From NCBI GenBank assembly GCA_963715635.1, contig OY970261.1, forward strand, positions 2,161,011 to 2,225,010: a DNA stretch of 64,000 nucleotides. Direction: 5' to 3'. The translations under genes were made by a program, and so were the position numbers. Shown here piece by piece: positions 39,243 to 48,408 of this stretch. The first letter of the stretch is position 1; each line of letters starts with the position of its first letter. The notes beneath the pieces were generated by a model. It saw nothing but the letters and a program-made list of their open reading frames with translations. It did not search any database and was not told where the DNA came from. Source of the DNA: Candidatus Aminicenantes bacterium. Lineage in GTDB: Bacteria; Acidobacteriota; Aminicenantia; Aminicenantales; UBA4085.

Positions 39243-39824
39243 TTAGATGCCTTGGCGTTGGAATACCAGGGAAATTACGGGAATGCCATCGGGGATTTGA
39301 ACCTCTCGGATTTCGTGAATAATCCCTTTCTCAACTGCGAAATTGGCATCCTTTGTTTGGGCTTGAAGAAAAAGGCCTGCGACTTCATCTTCGGTAAGTT
39401 TGGTATGCCGGGAAATGACCGCTCCGATTCTCTTCTGGTTGCTAAGAACCCCGTCTAATCTTTCCCGTAAATCCTTCTCCTCAAATCTCTGCCCTTGATT
39501 CGCATTGAATCCGACACCGTGGAACATGAATGTTGCAGTAGATGTAGCATAACGTTTCTTTCCAGCTAAGAATATAACATTTCCGATGGAATCCACGTTG
39601 CTGACATTATGCATTATCAATTCAAAAGGCATTCCCTTTAAGACGTTGTATAGATTCATCCCCTCCATTACCATGCCGCCCGGAGTGGAAAGTAACAAGG
39701 CAACTTTTTGAACTTTCAAGTTGGCGCAATTGCTCATAACGGCAATAAGACTCTCGATCGTTTTTAAGCTGATTTCCGCCGAAAAAGAAATATAAACAAG
39801 GGGTGCACCTACAGGTATTTCCAT
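39243..39824 (-). CDS. ClpP/S14-S49 family serine protease-like protein (193 aa), possibly a prohead protease
   Basis: LLLSTPGGMVMEGMNLYNVL parallels the ClpP 'INSPGG' oxyanion-hole region. Confidence 0.5.
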   Translation of the reverse strand: MEIPVGAPLVYISFSAEISLKTIESLIAVMSNCANLKVQKVALLLSTPGGMVMEGMNLYNVLKGMPFELIMHNVSNVDSIGNVIFLAGKKRYATSTATFMFHGVGFNANQGQRFEEKDLRERLDGVLSNQKRIGAVISRHTKLTEDEVAGLFLQAQTKDANFAVEKGIIHEIREVQIPDGIPVISLVFQRQGI

Positions 39825-40003
39825 TGCTAAAAACTCCTTACCGGAGCTATTTATAATTATGGCATTATAGTTTAGGATGTCAATAGAATATTTTTGAAAA
39901 ATTGACGGGATTTTTGACGTCCTTGAACGGGAATACCTAAGAATATTAGAGAATGCCTAAGACACTTTCTCGGGGAAAAACGATTTTCCAGGGAGGCTTT
40001 TAA

Positions 40004-40046
40004 GGATTAGGAATCCCTTGCTCTATCCATACTGAGCTACAGGCGC
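40004..40046 (-). pseudogene. Displaced 5' half of tRNA-Arg(CCT), positions 1-43 (acceptor through anticodon loop); right-hand attachment-site repeat
   Basis: rc = GCGCCTGTAGCTCAGTATGGATAGAGCAAGGGATTCCTAATCC, 42/43 identical to 29349-29391. Followed by non-tRNA sequence. Confidence 0.7.
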
Positions 40047-40152
40047 ACCCTGCGCTGATCGCGGATTCAATATAGCGGATTGCCTCTGATTTTGCAATCA
40101 GGTTAGACACAACTTGCGAGATCGCGCCGCTTCTCTTGGGTCGAGGCTTTTC

Positions 40153-41481
40153 CTATTTTCTCAAGCCCCGGACAAAACTCCTCAAGTGCTCTAGGATGGA
40201 TTTCTTGTTCGTGCCGGCCTGGATGTCCTTTTCGGACAGCTCCTTGATCTTCCGCAAAAATTCTTCGTTTTGCTTGTTGCGAGCACTGACAATCTCGGCG
40301 ATCACCTCGGCCAGGGCAGGAATCTGGCCGAGCAGGGCGCCAAAATCTTCCGCTTCGATCTCTAAAAGCTCCGATTCTTCGTCAACGATCCCCGTCGCGG
40401 TTCTTGGCATCCCTGTGAAAAGCGACATTTCGCCAAAGATGCCGCCCGGACCGACGGCGAATTCCGAGAGATATTTTTTGCCGTTTTCTTCATAGACGAT
40501 CTCTCCGCGGATCTTTCCTTTGGCCACGACGAAACTGCTTGTCCCCTTGTCTCCCTGCCGGAAAAGCACTTCGCCTTTCGTGTAGGCGTGCCGGTCCACA
40601 ATCGAGGCCAGGGACCTAAGCTCTTTTTCTGAAACGATAAGATCCTCGGCTTTTTCTCCCGGCCGGCCACGCAGGAAGGATGAATACATCAGGTCCAAGA
40701 ATGTCCTTTCTTGTTCGCTCTCCCTTGAAGGGACGGCCGGTTCAACTGGGCCGGTCGGTTTTTCGCGGACGGCCGCCAGAGCATCCCGGACTTGATCGCC
40801 GAGGGCGATGGCCACCTCGATTTTTTTCCGGCGTAGCTTGTACCAGGCCAGCCTTCCGACCTCGCTGACGATCGAGTTTTTCCTGGCAAAATCCGTGATC
40901 CAGAATTTGAGGAGATAGGAGACTCCGACATCATCATAACTTGTGATAAAGGCCAGGGGGGCCGGGGCCTTCAACACATCGGGGCAATCCCGGGCCGCTT
41001 CGATCAAGGTCTGAATCACCTCGGCCGCCGGCGCTTTGTAGCTAATTTTGAAAGGCAGGATCAGCGCAGTCTTTGTGTCCGGCTGCGAAAAATTGACGAT
41101 TCGTTCCGAAGCCACAATATTGTTCGGGATCACGACGACGTTGGAATGGCGGTCGAGGAGTCGCGTTTCCCGCCAATTGGTATCCACGACAACGCCTTCG
41201 TGCGGCCCGATGCCGACCCAGTCTCCCCGGCTGAACGATTTCGTGAAATGGAGCGACATCCCCGAGAGGATATTGTTCAGAACACCCTGCAAAGCCAGGC
41301 CCAGGACCATTGTCAAGATTGCCGACGTGGCCAGAAAAGGCCCAATATCGGCTTTAGCGATGTTCTTGAGAACGACAAACAAGACGATGAGATAAATAAT
41401 CCCCAGGATCAGGCCGTGCAGGACGTTCGGGCAAAGGATAGGGCTTGCGCTGTCGTGCATGCCAGGCCAGCAGGACGGCAT
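40153..41481 (-). CDS. Mechanosensitive channel (MscS family) fused to a C-terminal cyclic-nucleotide-binding domain
   Basis: MscS pore and beta domain (GVLNNILSGMSLHF...GDWVGIGPHEGVVVDTNWRETRL...VVIPNN). cNMP-binding GGIFGEMSLFTGMPRTATG. Confidence 0.8.
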   Translation of the reverse strand: MPSCWPGMHDSASPILCPNVLHGLILGIIYLIVLFVVLKNIAKADIGPFLATSAILTMVLGLALQGVLNNILSGMSLHFTKSFSRGDWVGIGPHEGVVVDTNWRETRLLDRHSNVVVIPNNIVASERIVNFSQPDTKTALILPFKISYKAPAAEVIQTLIEAARDCPDVLKAPAPLAFITSYDDVGVSYLLKFWITDFARKNSIVSEVGRLAWYKLRRKKIEVAIALGDQVRDALAAVREKPTGPVEPAVPSRESEQERTFLDLMYSSFLRGRPGEKAEDLIVSEKELRSLASIVDRHAYTKGEVLFRQGDKGTSSFVVAKGKIRGEIVYEENGKKYLSEFAVGPGGIFGEMSLFTGMPRTATGIVDEESELLEIEAEDFGALLGQIPALAEVIAEIVSARNKQNEEFLRKIKELSEKDIQAGTNKKSILEHLRSFVRGLRK

Positions 41482-41782
41482 CCAATAGCCGGATAAAAAA
41501 GAAGAAAATTAAAAAAATGAAGACGGCATTCAGGTATTGACGAAATTTATCGCTGACCGGAAGGGCCGCCTGTTTCATGATAATGATAGCCAGAAGAAAA
41601 ACGGCCGGCAGGATGAGGCGTGTCAGAAAAACGCCCCCGGGGCTTTGCCGGGAAACGGAAAGCTTGGCCAGGATGATCCGCAACAAGAAATAAATCCCCA
41701 AGGCGGCGATCAAAGTCAATAGGGAAATGGCCAAGTCCTGAAACAAAAAGGCCTGGGAAGCGCTTGGATTCGTCATAGCCAT
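41354..41782 (-). CDS. Membrane protein ORF overlapping the MscS 5' end by ~128 nt; possibly the frameshifted N-terminal TM extension of the channel gene
   Basis: 4 hydrophobic helices. The out-of-frame overlap with 40153-41481 suggests an indel near 41450-41490. Confidence 0.35.
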   Translation of the reverse strand: MAMTNPSASQAFLFQDLAISLLTLIAALGIYFLLRIILAKLSVSRQSPGGVFLTRLILPAVFLLAIIIMKQAALPVSDKFRQYLNAVFIFLIFFFFIRLLDAVLLAWHARQRKPYPLPERPARPDPGDYLSHRLVCRSQEHR

Positions 41783-41817
41783 GTGGTCTCCATGATAAGG
41801 ATTTTAGATGCGATCGA

Positions 41818-42654
41818 TCAAAATTGTAAGCGCATTCCTCCTTGGGCGCAATCCGAGCGGGGAAAAGCTTTCTGGGCCAGGCGGCGGATAGCCCGGACTT
41901 GGCGGTCGGAATGGTCGGGGTTAAAATGGGACAGCAGCAGTTTTCGAACACCCGCTTGCCGCGCGATTTTCGTCCCTTCCAGCCAGGTGCTGTGGCCCCA
42001 ACCACGGTGTCCTGCGGCGTATTCTTCGGGCGTAAACATGGCATCATAAACTAGACACGAAGCGCCGCGCACGAACGCGGCCAGCCGTTCGTCGAGGCCA
42101 GTCTCGGGGTGTTCGGTATCCGTGGCAAAAACAACCGCCCGACCGTTCCGCTCCAGCTTGTAGGCGACGCTCCCCTGCGGATGGATCAAGGGGCAGGTTG
42201 TGACCTTGATTCCACCCACCAGAATGCCTCGCCGGCCGACTTTTTTAAAAATCTTTTTGGATGGCGTTTCTTCCAACCTCATGGGAAATAGGGCACCTGA
42301 CATCAAGCGGCTGAGGTTTCTTTTCGTCTCTTCCGGTTCGGTGAAAGAATAGATCGCGATTTTAACGCTTGGAGAAAAAAGCGGCGCAAAAAAAGGCAGG
42401 CCGATGACGTGGTCCAGGTGGAAATGTGTGAGAAGGAGGGTCAGATGGAGCGGCGTCGACCTTTTCTCCGCAACCAGCTTCTCTCCGAGCCCCCGCATTC
42501 CCGTGCCGGCATCGATAATCAGCATTTCGTTCGGGCCGGCCGCGACCGATGCACAAGACGTGCGTCCGCCGAATTCCAGAAAACGCCTGTCCGAGACAGG
42601 GACTGTCCCCCGCACGCCCCAAAATTCAAGCTCCATTCCGGCGCTTCCTTTCAT
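41818..42654 (-). CDS. MBL-fold metallo-hydrolase, class II cyclic-nucleotide phosphodiesterase-like
   Basis: THFHLDHVIGLPFF (HxHLDH signature). 4-nt overlap with the adenylate cyclase gene. Confidence 0.75.
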   Translation of the reverse strand: MKGSAGMELEFWGVRGTVPVSDRRFLEFGGRTSCASVAAGPNEMLIIDAGTGMRGLGEKLVAEKRSTPLHLTLLLTHFHLDHVIGLPFFAPLFSPSVKIAIYSFTEPEETKRNLSRLMSGALFPMRLEETPSKKIFKKVGRRGILVGGIKVTTCPLIHPQGSVAYKLERNGRAVVFATDTEHPETGLDERLAAFVRGASCLVYDAMFTPEEYAAGHRGWGHSTWLEGTKIARQAGVRKLLLSHFNPDHSDRQVRAIRRLAQKAFPRSDCAQGGMRLQF

Positions 42655-44762
42655 TTGACCTTCAGACTATAAACTGTGTCCCATTGCTTGGGCGGTGGAT
42701 TCAGCCTGTAATTCTGGCAGCGATCGATATAAATCGCGGCGAGAGGATCGTTGGTCAATTTCCCGAATAGCGCAATCCCCCTCTCCCACTCCTGATTCCT
42801 GTAGGCCTCCAAGCCCTGATGGAAGAAGTCAATATTTTCGATTTCCGCCGGAGCCAGCTTATCTTTCTCGCCGATGATCTGAAAAACCCTGACCGGGATT
42901 TGTTTGCCGACAACCCTCAGGATGTCCGCTTGTCGGGCCGCTAGAATATCTTTCACTCGCTCATACGTTCCTTCCCCGGCCAGGATGGAGACTTGATACT
43001 GTTTACAGGCGCTCTCGAGCCGGGCCGCCAGGTTGATCGTATCGCCCATGGCCGTGTAATCAAAACGCCGGCTTGACCCCATGTTCCCGACTACGGCCGG
43101 GCCGGTGTTGAGGCCGATGCGCATCGTGATTTCATGGCCGTAGCGTTTCAGGAATTCAGGCCGGAGTTCCTTGAGCCGTTTCTGGCATTCCAGGGCTGCC
43201 CGGCAAGCCTTCAAAGCGTGGCTGGGTTCATCGAGCGGCGCATTCCAGAAGGAGACGATGGCGTCGCCCTCATACTTGTCGAGCGTGCCGCCCGCATTGA
43301 GAATGATGTCCGTCATCTCGGAGAGATAGGCGTTCAAGAGCTTGACCATTTCTTCAGGCGTCATCTTCTCCGAGATCGAAGTGAAGCCGGCGACATCCGA
43401 GAAAAACGATGTGATCTCCCGCTTCTCTCCTCCCAGTTGGAGCAGCTTGGGATTCTGGATGATGCGCTCGATGACAGCGGGACTCAGGTAATGACGAAAA
43501 ACACTTTTAATGAACCGGCGCTCCTTTCCTTCGATGCTATAGTTGAGGACAGAGGCTCCGATCAGAGTCAAGACAACGACAAATTCTGGAAAGACAAACT
43601 CCAGCCAGTACCCGAGAATAAAGGCGACACAAGCGGCGGCCCAGGGCACGGCCAGGCAGACAAGAAAAATGAGCGTAACCCTCCAGATCTTGTGGAGCAG
43701 CGACACGGAAACCCCGGCGAGCAAGGCCAGGATAAAGGCCAGGGCAAAGAGGATCATTTTGGCGGGGAGACGGATAAAATTTCGATTCAGCAGTGTATCC
43801 AAAGCGGCGGCCTGGATTTCGGTGCCGGGGATGACGGCGCTCAGCGGGCTGGATTTCAAATCAAGAAGGCCGACGGCGCTGAGCCCCACCATGACGATTT
43901 TCCCGGCGAATTCCTTGGGCGGGATCTGGGCCGTCTTGCCCTCTTGGATCTGCGCCCAGGAGTTAATGAGCGTCGCAATCGGATAGGTCCGGTAGGTCCC
44001 CCTCTGATAGGTCCCGGTCCGGTAGGTCCCGGTCGGCCCGAAAAAGCGAATGATCATCTGGCCCGTTTCATCTGTTGGCACGCGGGCACTCTCTGGATGA
44101 CCCTGAACAAAATTCGCCATGGCCACGGGGACGGAAGGGAACGTCAGGCCTTTATAGGAATATAAGAGAGGCAGCCTGCGGTAAATCCCGTCGCCATCCG
44201 GGTTCACGCGGACATTCCCCACTCCTTTTGAAGCCTGGAGGAAAATGGGGAGTGGCAGTGTGACGGATTGAAAAGACCCTCGAAACACCGGCAAAGCTCC
44301 GTTCTTCAGCGAAAAGCCTCGTAAAAGAGCTTCGGACGTCTGATCGCTTTCCTTATCTTCGATGCTCAAAAATATGGGGAACAGAATATTCCCAGTCTCG
44401 GCCATGGCCTCGGCCAGCTTCCGATCGTCCTCGAGGCCTGCCCTCGAGCTTTCTGTCATCGAAATATCGAAAAAGCAGGCCTTGGCGTCTCCGGCCTTCA
44501 AATATTTAATGAGATAGCTGTATATTTCCCTGGGCCAGGGCCAGGGCAAGCTCTGCTGTTTCTCATAGACATCCAGGCTGTACTGGTCGACCAGGACCAG
44601 GACAATCTCCTTGCTGGCCCGGCCGGGGCTCGAAAAAAGCCGGAGCCTGGCATCCCAGGATTTCCACTCGAGCGCCTGAAAGAAATGGAGGGCATAAAGG
44701 GCAAGGCCGATACCGAATGCCGCGGCACCGACAAGGATCCCTCGGATGATCTTTTTATGCAT
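42651..44762 (-). CDS. Adenylate/guanylate cyclase (class III) with N-terminal CHASE2 sensor and TM region
   Basis: CHASE2-like N-terminus (IVLVLVDQYSL...PWPWPR). CYCc core FSDVAGFTSISE...GDAIVSFW...GLNTGPAVVGNMGS..RFDYTAMGDTINLAARLE. Confidence 0.8.
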   Translation of the reverse strand: MHKKIIRGILVGAAAFGIGLALYALHFFQALEWKSWDARLRLFSSPGRASKEIVLVLVDQYSLDVYEKQQSLPWPWPREIYSYLIKYLKAGDAKACFFDISMTESSRAGLEDDRKLAEAMAETGNILFPIFLSIEDKESDQTSEALLRGFSLKNGALPVFRGSFQSVTLPLPIFLQASKGVGNVRVNPDGDGIYRRLPLLYSYKGLTFPSVPVAMANFVQGHPESARVPTDETGQMIIRFFGPTGTYRTGTYQRGTYRTYPIATLINSWAQIQEGKTAQIPPKEFAGKIVMVGLSAVGLLDLKSSPLSAVIPGTEIQAAALDTLLNRNFIRLPAKMILFALAFILALLAGVSVSLLHKIWRVTLIFLVCLAVPWAAACVAFILGYWLEFVFPEFVVVLTLIGASVLNYSIEGKERRFIKSVFRHYLSPAVIERIIQNPKLLQLGGEKREITSFFSDVAGFTSISEKMTPEEMVKLLNAYLSEMTDIILNAGGTLDKYEGDAIVSFWNAPLDEPSHALKACRAALECQKRLKELRPEFLKRYGHEITMRIGLNTGPAVVGNMGSSRRFDYTAMGDTINLAARLESACKQYQVSILAGEGTYERVKDILAARQADILRVVGKQIPVRVFQIIGEKDKLAPAEIENIDFFHQGLEAYRNQEWERGIALFGKLTNDPLAAIYIDRCQNYRLNPPPKQWDTVYSLKVK

Positions 44763-44792
44763 AAAGAATCCGCACAGCGGAGGGATGTTTTG

Positions 44793-45710
44793 CTACTTCA
44801 AGGAATTCACGTACTGCTTGAATCTCTCTGTCCGAACAGCCTCAATCTTAGGAAGGGAGCCCAGCGATGCCATCTCTTTCTGAAGGCTGGCGATTCGGTC
44901 CTCGGGCGTGGGATGCGTTTTGAACCATCCTTTCCCCGATGCCGACGAAGAATCGCCGACCATGGTCTGGAGAAAACGCGTGATGCCGCTCGGGTCGAAT
45001 CCCGTCTTGGCGCCGAATTTGACGGCCAGGCGGTCCGCTTCGTATTCGTATTTGCGGTCATACCCTCTCTCGATCAGCTGTTCGGCAATATCGCCCAGCA
45101 CGTTCTCGAAAATGTTCGTCAGCTGGGCCAGGTTTTCGGGGCCGTACCGCTGGGCGGCCTGCTGTCCGATGAGCTTGAAGGCATCCACCAAGCGCGACTT
45201 CTTGATAGACTGAAGCCCGTGCTTGGCGCACACATGCCCGACTTCATGAGACAGGATCAGGCCGAGTGATTCTTCATCTCGGCAGCGGCGCAGAAGACCT
45301 TTAGTGATGAAGATCATCCCGCCCGGCGCGGCCAGGGCATTCACTTCTTCGGTATCCAAGACCAGGAAATGCCAGCCAGCATAGATTTCGGGACGGTCCG
45401 AATAGACCGCCACGGCGTTCCCCACGAGGTTGATGTACTGCGTGAGATTGTCATTTTTATAAGCGGGATATTTGGAGAGAATCATGGCGGCCACGGATCG
45501 GCCGATGAAATATTCCTCCTCTTCGCTGATTTCCGAAAAGGTGCTGCGCACGGCTTCGCTTGTCTTGACAATCGCGTCCCTGTCCTTGCTGCTCATCTTC
45601 CCCTGAGTGGTCAGGATATCCGCCCCTTTCTGAACGACCGAGCAGCCGGCGAGGAATAGCCCTAGACCCGCGATGACAAGAACGGCGGCAAAAACCCGAG
45701 GCGCGCTCAT
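44793..45710 (-). CDS. M48-family zinc metallopeptidase (lipoprotein)
   Basis: HEVGHVCAKHG (HExxH). N-terminal lipobox LAGCS. Confidence 0.8.
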   Translation of the reverse strand: MSAPRVFAAVLVIAGLGLFLAGCSVVQKGADILTTQGKMSSKDRDAIVKTSEAVRSTFSEISEEEEYFIGRSVAAMILSKYPAYKNDNLTQYINLVGNAVAVYSDRPEIYAGWHFLVLDTEEVNALAAPGGMIFITKGLLRRCRDEESLGLILSHEVGHVCAKHGLQSIKKSRLVDAFKLIGQQAAQRYGPENLAQLTNIFENVLGDIAEQLIERGYDRKYEYEADRLAVKFGAKTGFDPSGITRFLQTMVGDSSSASGKGWFKTHPTPEDRIASLQKEMASLGSLPKIEAVRTERFKQYVNSLK

Positions 45711-46228
45711 TTGGCACCTCGGAATTCGCCCAATTTGCCTTTTCTCAGAAAATCCTCGACCTGGGCCAGCACAGTCTTGAGCTGAAGCATTTGATCGACT
45801 CCGGCAAAATTCATGTCCGCATGCTTGGCCTTGTAGCTGTCTTCGACCTGTTTATTGAAGCCTTTTCCGGCCAGGGCCACCTCGGAGGCGGTGGCCTGCG
45901 TTTTCATGCTCTTGTCCATGGCCAGGAGGTTGAATTTCGTCACTTCCACGGCGCTCCCATGGATCCAGCCGACGACCCCGCCCGATGTTTTCACCTGGAT
46001 CCAGCCGCCGGCTTCGCTCACTTTTTCGAGACGATCGCCCGCTTTAAGGGCGGCCAGCGCTTGTGAAAAATATTGGGGGCCTTTCCTCAGCTGGGTCGTC
46101 TGGATCTTGACGACCAATGTCTCGGCGGCGAGCGTAACGGCCAGGACCAAAAGGGTGGTCAATAATGCCGCGTAGAACCTTGGCTTTCGCATGGCGACCT
46201 CCTTTGTTGTCGTTTCAATCATAGGCAA
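45707..46228 (-). CDS. Secreted SH3b-domain protein (173 aa)
   Basis: Signal peptide. GDRLEKVSEAGGWIQVKTSGGVVGWIHGSAV is SH3_3-like. Confidence 0.5.
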   Translation of the reverse strand: MPMIETTTKEVAMRKPRFYAALLTTLLVLAVTLAAETLVVKIQTTQLRKGPQYFSQALAALKAGDRLEKVSEAGGWIQVKTSGGVVGWIHGSAVEVTKFNLLAMDKSMKTQATASEVALAGKGFNKQVEDSYKAKHADMNFAGVDQMLQLKTVLAQVEDFLRKGKLGEFRGAK

Positions 46229-46233
46229 AAGGT

Positions 46234-48408
46234 TCAGGCAAAGTCAACCGCAGGGCCCGCGGCGCATAGCTTTTCCTTGAGGAGGCTGTTGCGCTTAACG
46301 GGCTTGTCGTTCTTGATGGCGATATAAAGGGCCTTATAGGACCCGATGACGATGCTCAGCTTCTTGGCCCTGGTCAGCGCGGTATAGAAGAGGTTTCTCT
46401 GGAGCATGATGAAATGCTGGGTCAGGAGGGGCATGACCACGGCCTGATATTCGCTGCCCTGGGCCTTATGGACGGAGACGGCATAGGCCAGGGTGATATC
46501 CTCGATCTCGTCTTTCTCGTAGAATACCGGCCGGCCGTCAAAATGGACAATCAGCCTGTACTGCGCCCTGTCGATGTGGACGACGCTCCCGATGTCTCCG
46601 TTGAAAACATCCTTCTCATAATTGTTCCGGATCTGCATGACTTTGTCGTGGACCCGGATCTCGCGGCTGCCGATCTTGAGGCCCTCCTGGGAAGCGTTCA
46701 ACTTCCGCTGGAGTTCGGCGTTCAGCCGGTCGACGCCGACAAAGCCTTTGTACATCGGGCTGATGACCTGGATCTGGGGCGAGAGGGGGCTGAGCTTGAG
46801 CTTTTGCGGAATCCCGAAGCTGCAGAGTTTTAGGATGGTCTGAAACACTTTCTGCTCGTCTTCCTGATGGATGAAATAGAAATCGGAATTCTTGTCGTCG
46901 CGCGCAGGATAGAGGATGGTCTGTCCCTGGTTGATGCGGTGGGCGTTGGTCACGATCAGGCTGTCCCGTTCCTGCCGGAAAATCTCGTCCAGCCTGATCA
47001 CGCTGGCCTGCTGCGACTCGATCAGGTCACGGAGCAGTGTGCCGGGGCCGAGGGCCGGCAGCTGGTCCTTATCCCCCACAATAATCAGCCGCATCGATGA
47101 AGGAATGGCTTTGATCAGGGAATACATGAGGGCCAGGTCGACCATGGAAAATTCATCGATGATGATGGCATCGCCCGCCAGCGGGTGTTTTTCATTGCGT
47201 CGAAAAACGCCCAGCTTCGGGTTGAACTCGAGCGTGCGGTGAATAGTCTTGGCCTCTTTCCCGGTTGTCTCGGACATGCGCTTGGCCGCCCGTCCCGTGG
47301 GAGCCGCGAGGAGCGCCTTGCTCCCCCATTTATCGAAAACGGCCGTAATGGCCTTGATGATCGTCGTTTTTCCCGTGCCCGGGCCGCCGGTAATGATCAG
47401 GATTTTTTTCTGGAAGCTCTCCCGGATCGCCCGTTTTTGCTGGGCCGAAAATTCAAGCCGGACCTCCTTCTCCACGTCCGCAATGACTTGGTCGACGTCA
47501 AAGGGGGGCGGGGAAAACGGCGCCCGGGCCAGAGTGTGGATGGACCGGACGACCTCTTCCTGGGCTTGGTAAAAAAAAGGAAGGTAAATCGCTGAATCGT
47601 GGGCCAGGGTTTCGGCGATGACGAGCTTTTTTTTCTTCAGCTCGTCCAATGCCTGCCGGAACTTTTCCTCGCCGACCTGGAGCTCTTCCTGGCAGCGTGT
47701 TTCGAGGTCGCCGGCAAAAGAAAAAATGTGGCCCTGCTCGTTGTCCTTTTCCAGGAGGTAAAGGATGAAAGCCTTGACCCTCTCCACCGAGGTGGGGTCC
47801 ATCCCCAGCTTAAGAGCAATCTGGTCAGCCGTCTTAAAACCGATGCCCCAGATTTCCAGACAGAGCTGATAGGGATTGGTCTTCAGGATCTGATAGGACT
47901 TCTGCCCATAATGCCGGTAAATTTTGGTTGCCAGGCTGGTCGAGACATTATGTTCCTGAAGGAAAATGATGAGGTCCCGGATCTCTTGATGCTCGGCCCA
48001 GGATTTTTTGATTTCCTTGAGCTTGACAGCGCCGACCCCCTCGACTTCTTTCATGCGGTCCGGGTGGCGGGATAGGATCTCCAGCGTTTCTTCGCCGAAT
48101 TTCTTGATGATCCTCTTGGCCAGCACCGGCCCAATCCCCTTGATCAAGCCGCAGGACAGAAACTTCTCGATCCCTTTGACGCCGGCCGGAAGCACGGGAA
48201 CGAAGCTCTCCGCCTTGAATTGCGGACCGAACTTGGGATTGATCTCCCACTGTCCGTTGACCTTCAGCCGTTCGCCCGGCGAAAGCGGCGGAAAAGACCC
48301 CACGACGATCGCCCGTTCGCGCTCTTCGACCGAAAACTTGAAGACGGAGTATCCATTTTCGGGATTATAGAAGAGGATCTGTTCGATCGTCCCTTCAAGA
48401 TATTCCAT
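46234..48408 (-). CDS. recD2: ATP-dependent RecD-like DNA helicase (RecD2)
   Basis: N-terminal RecD2 domain and HhH region. Walker A ITGGPGTGKTT, DEFSMVD, C-terminal SF1 motifs. Confidence 0.85.
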   Translation of the reverse strand: MEYLEGTIEQILFYNPENGYSVFKFSVEERERAIVVGSFPPLSPGERLKVNGQWEINPKFGPQFKAESFVPVLPAGVKGIEKFLSCGLIKGIGPVLAKRIIKKFGEETLEILSRHPDRMKEVEGVGAVKLKEIKKSWAEHQEIRDLIIFLQEHNVSTSLATKIYRHYGQKSYQILKTNPYQLCLEIWGIGFKTADQIALKLGMDPTSVERVKAFILYLLEKDNEQGHIFSFAGDLETRCQEELQVGEEKFRQALDELKKKKLVIAETLAHDSAIYLPFFYQAQEEVVRSIHTLARAPFSPPPFDVDQVIADVEKEVRLEFSAQQKRAIRESFQKKILIITGGPGTGKTTIIKAITAVFDKWGSKALLAAPTGRAAKRMSETTGKEAKTIHRTLEFNPKLGVFRRNEKHPLAGDAIIIDEFSMVDLALMYSLIKAIPSSMRLIIVGDKDQLPALGPGTLLRDLIESQQASVIRLDEIFRQERDSLIVTNAHRINQGQTILYPARDDKNSDFYFIHQEDEQKVFQTILKLCSFGIPQKLKLSPLSPQIQVISPMYKGFVGVDRLNAELQRKLNASQEGLKIGSREIRVHDKVMQIRNNYEKDVFNGDIGSVVHIDRAQYRLIVHFDGRPVFYEKDEIEDITLAYAVSVHKAQGSEYQAVVMPLLTQHFIMLQRNLFYTALTRAKKLSIVIGSYKALYIAIKNDKPVKRNSLLKEKLCAAGPAVDFA

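Noticed and set aside
43134-44165. 343-aa + strand ORF
   Set aside because: Lies entirely antisense within the CHASE2 adenylate cyclase gene. Low-complexity, Arg/Gly-rich
46414-48075. Several + strand ORFs (100-160 aa)
   Set aside because: All lie antisense inside the recD2 gene
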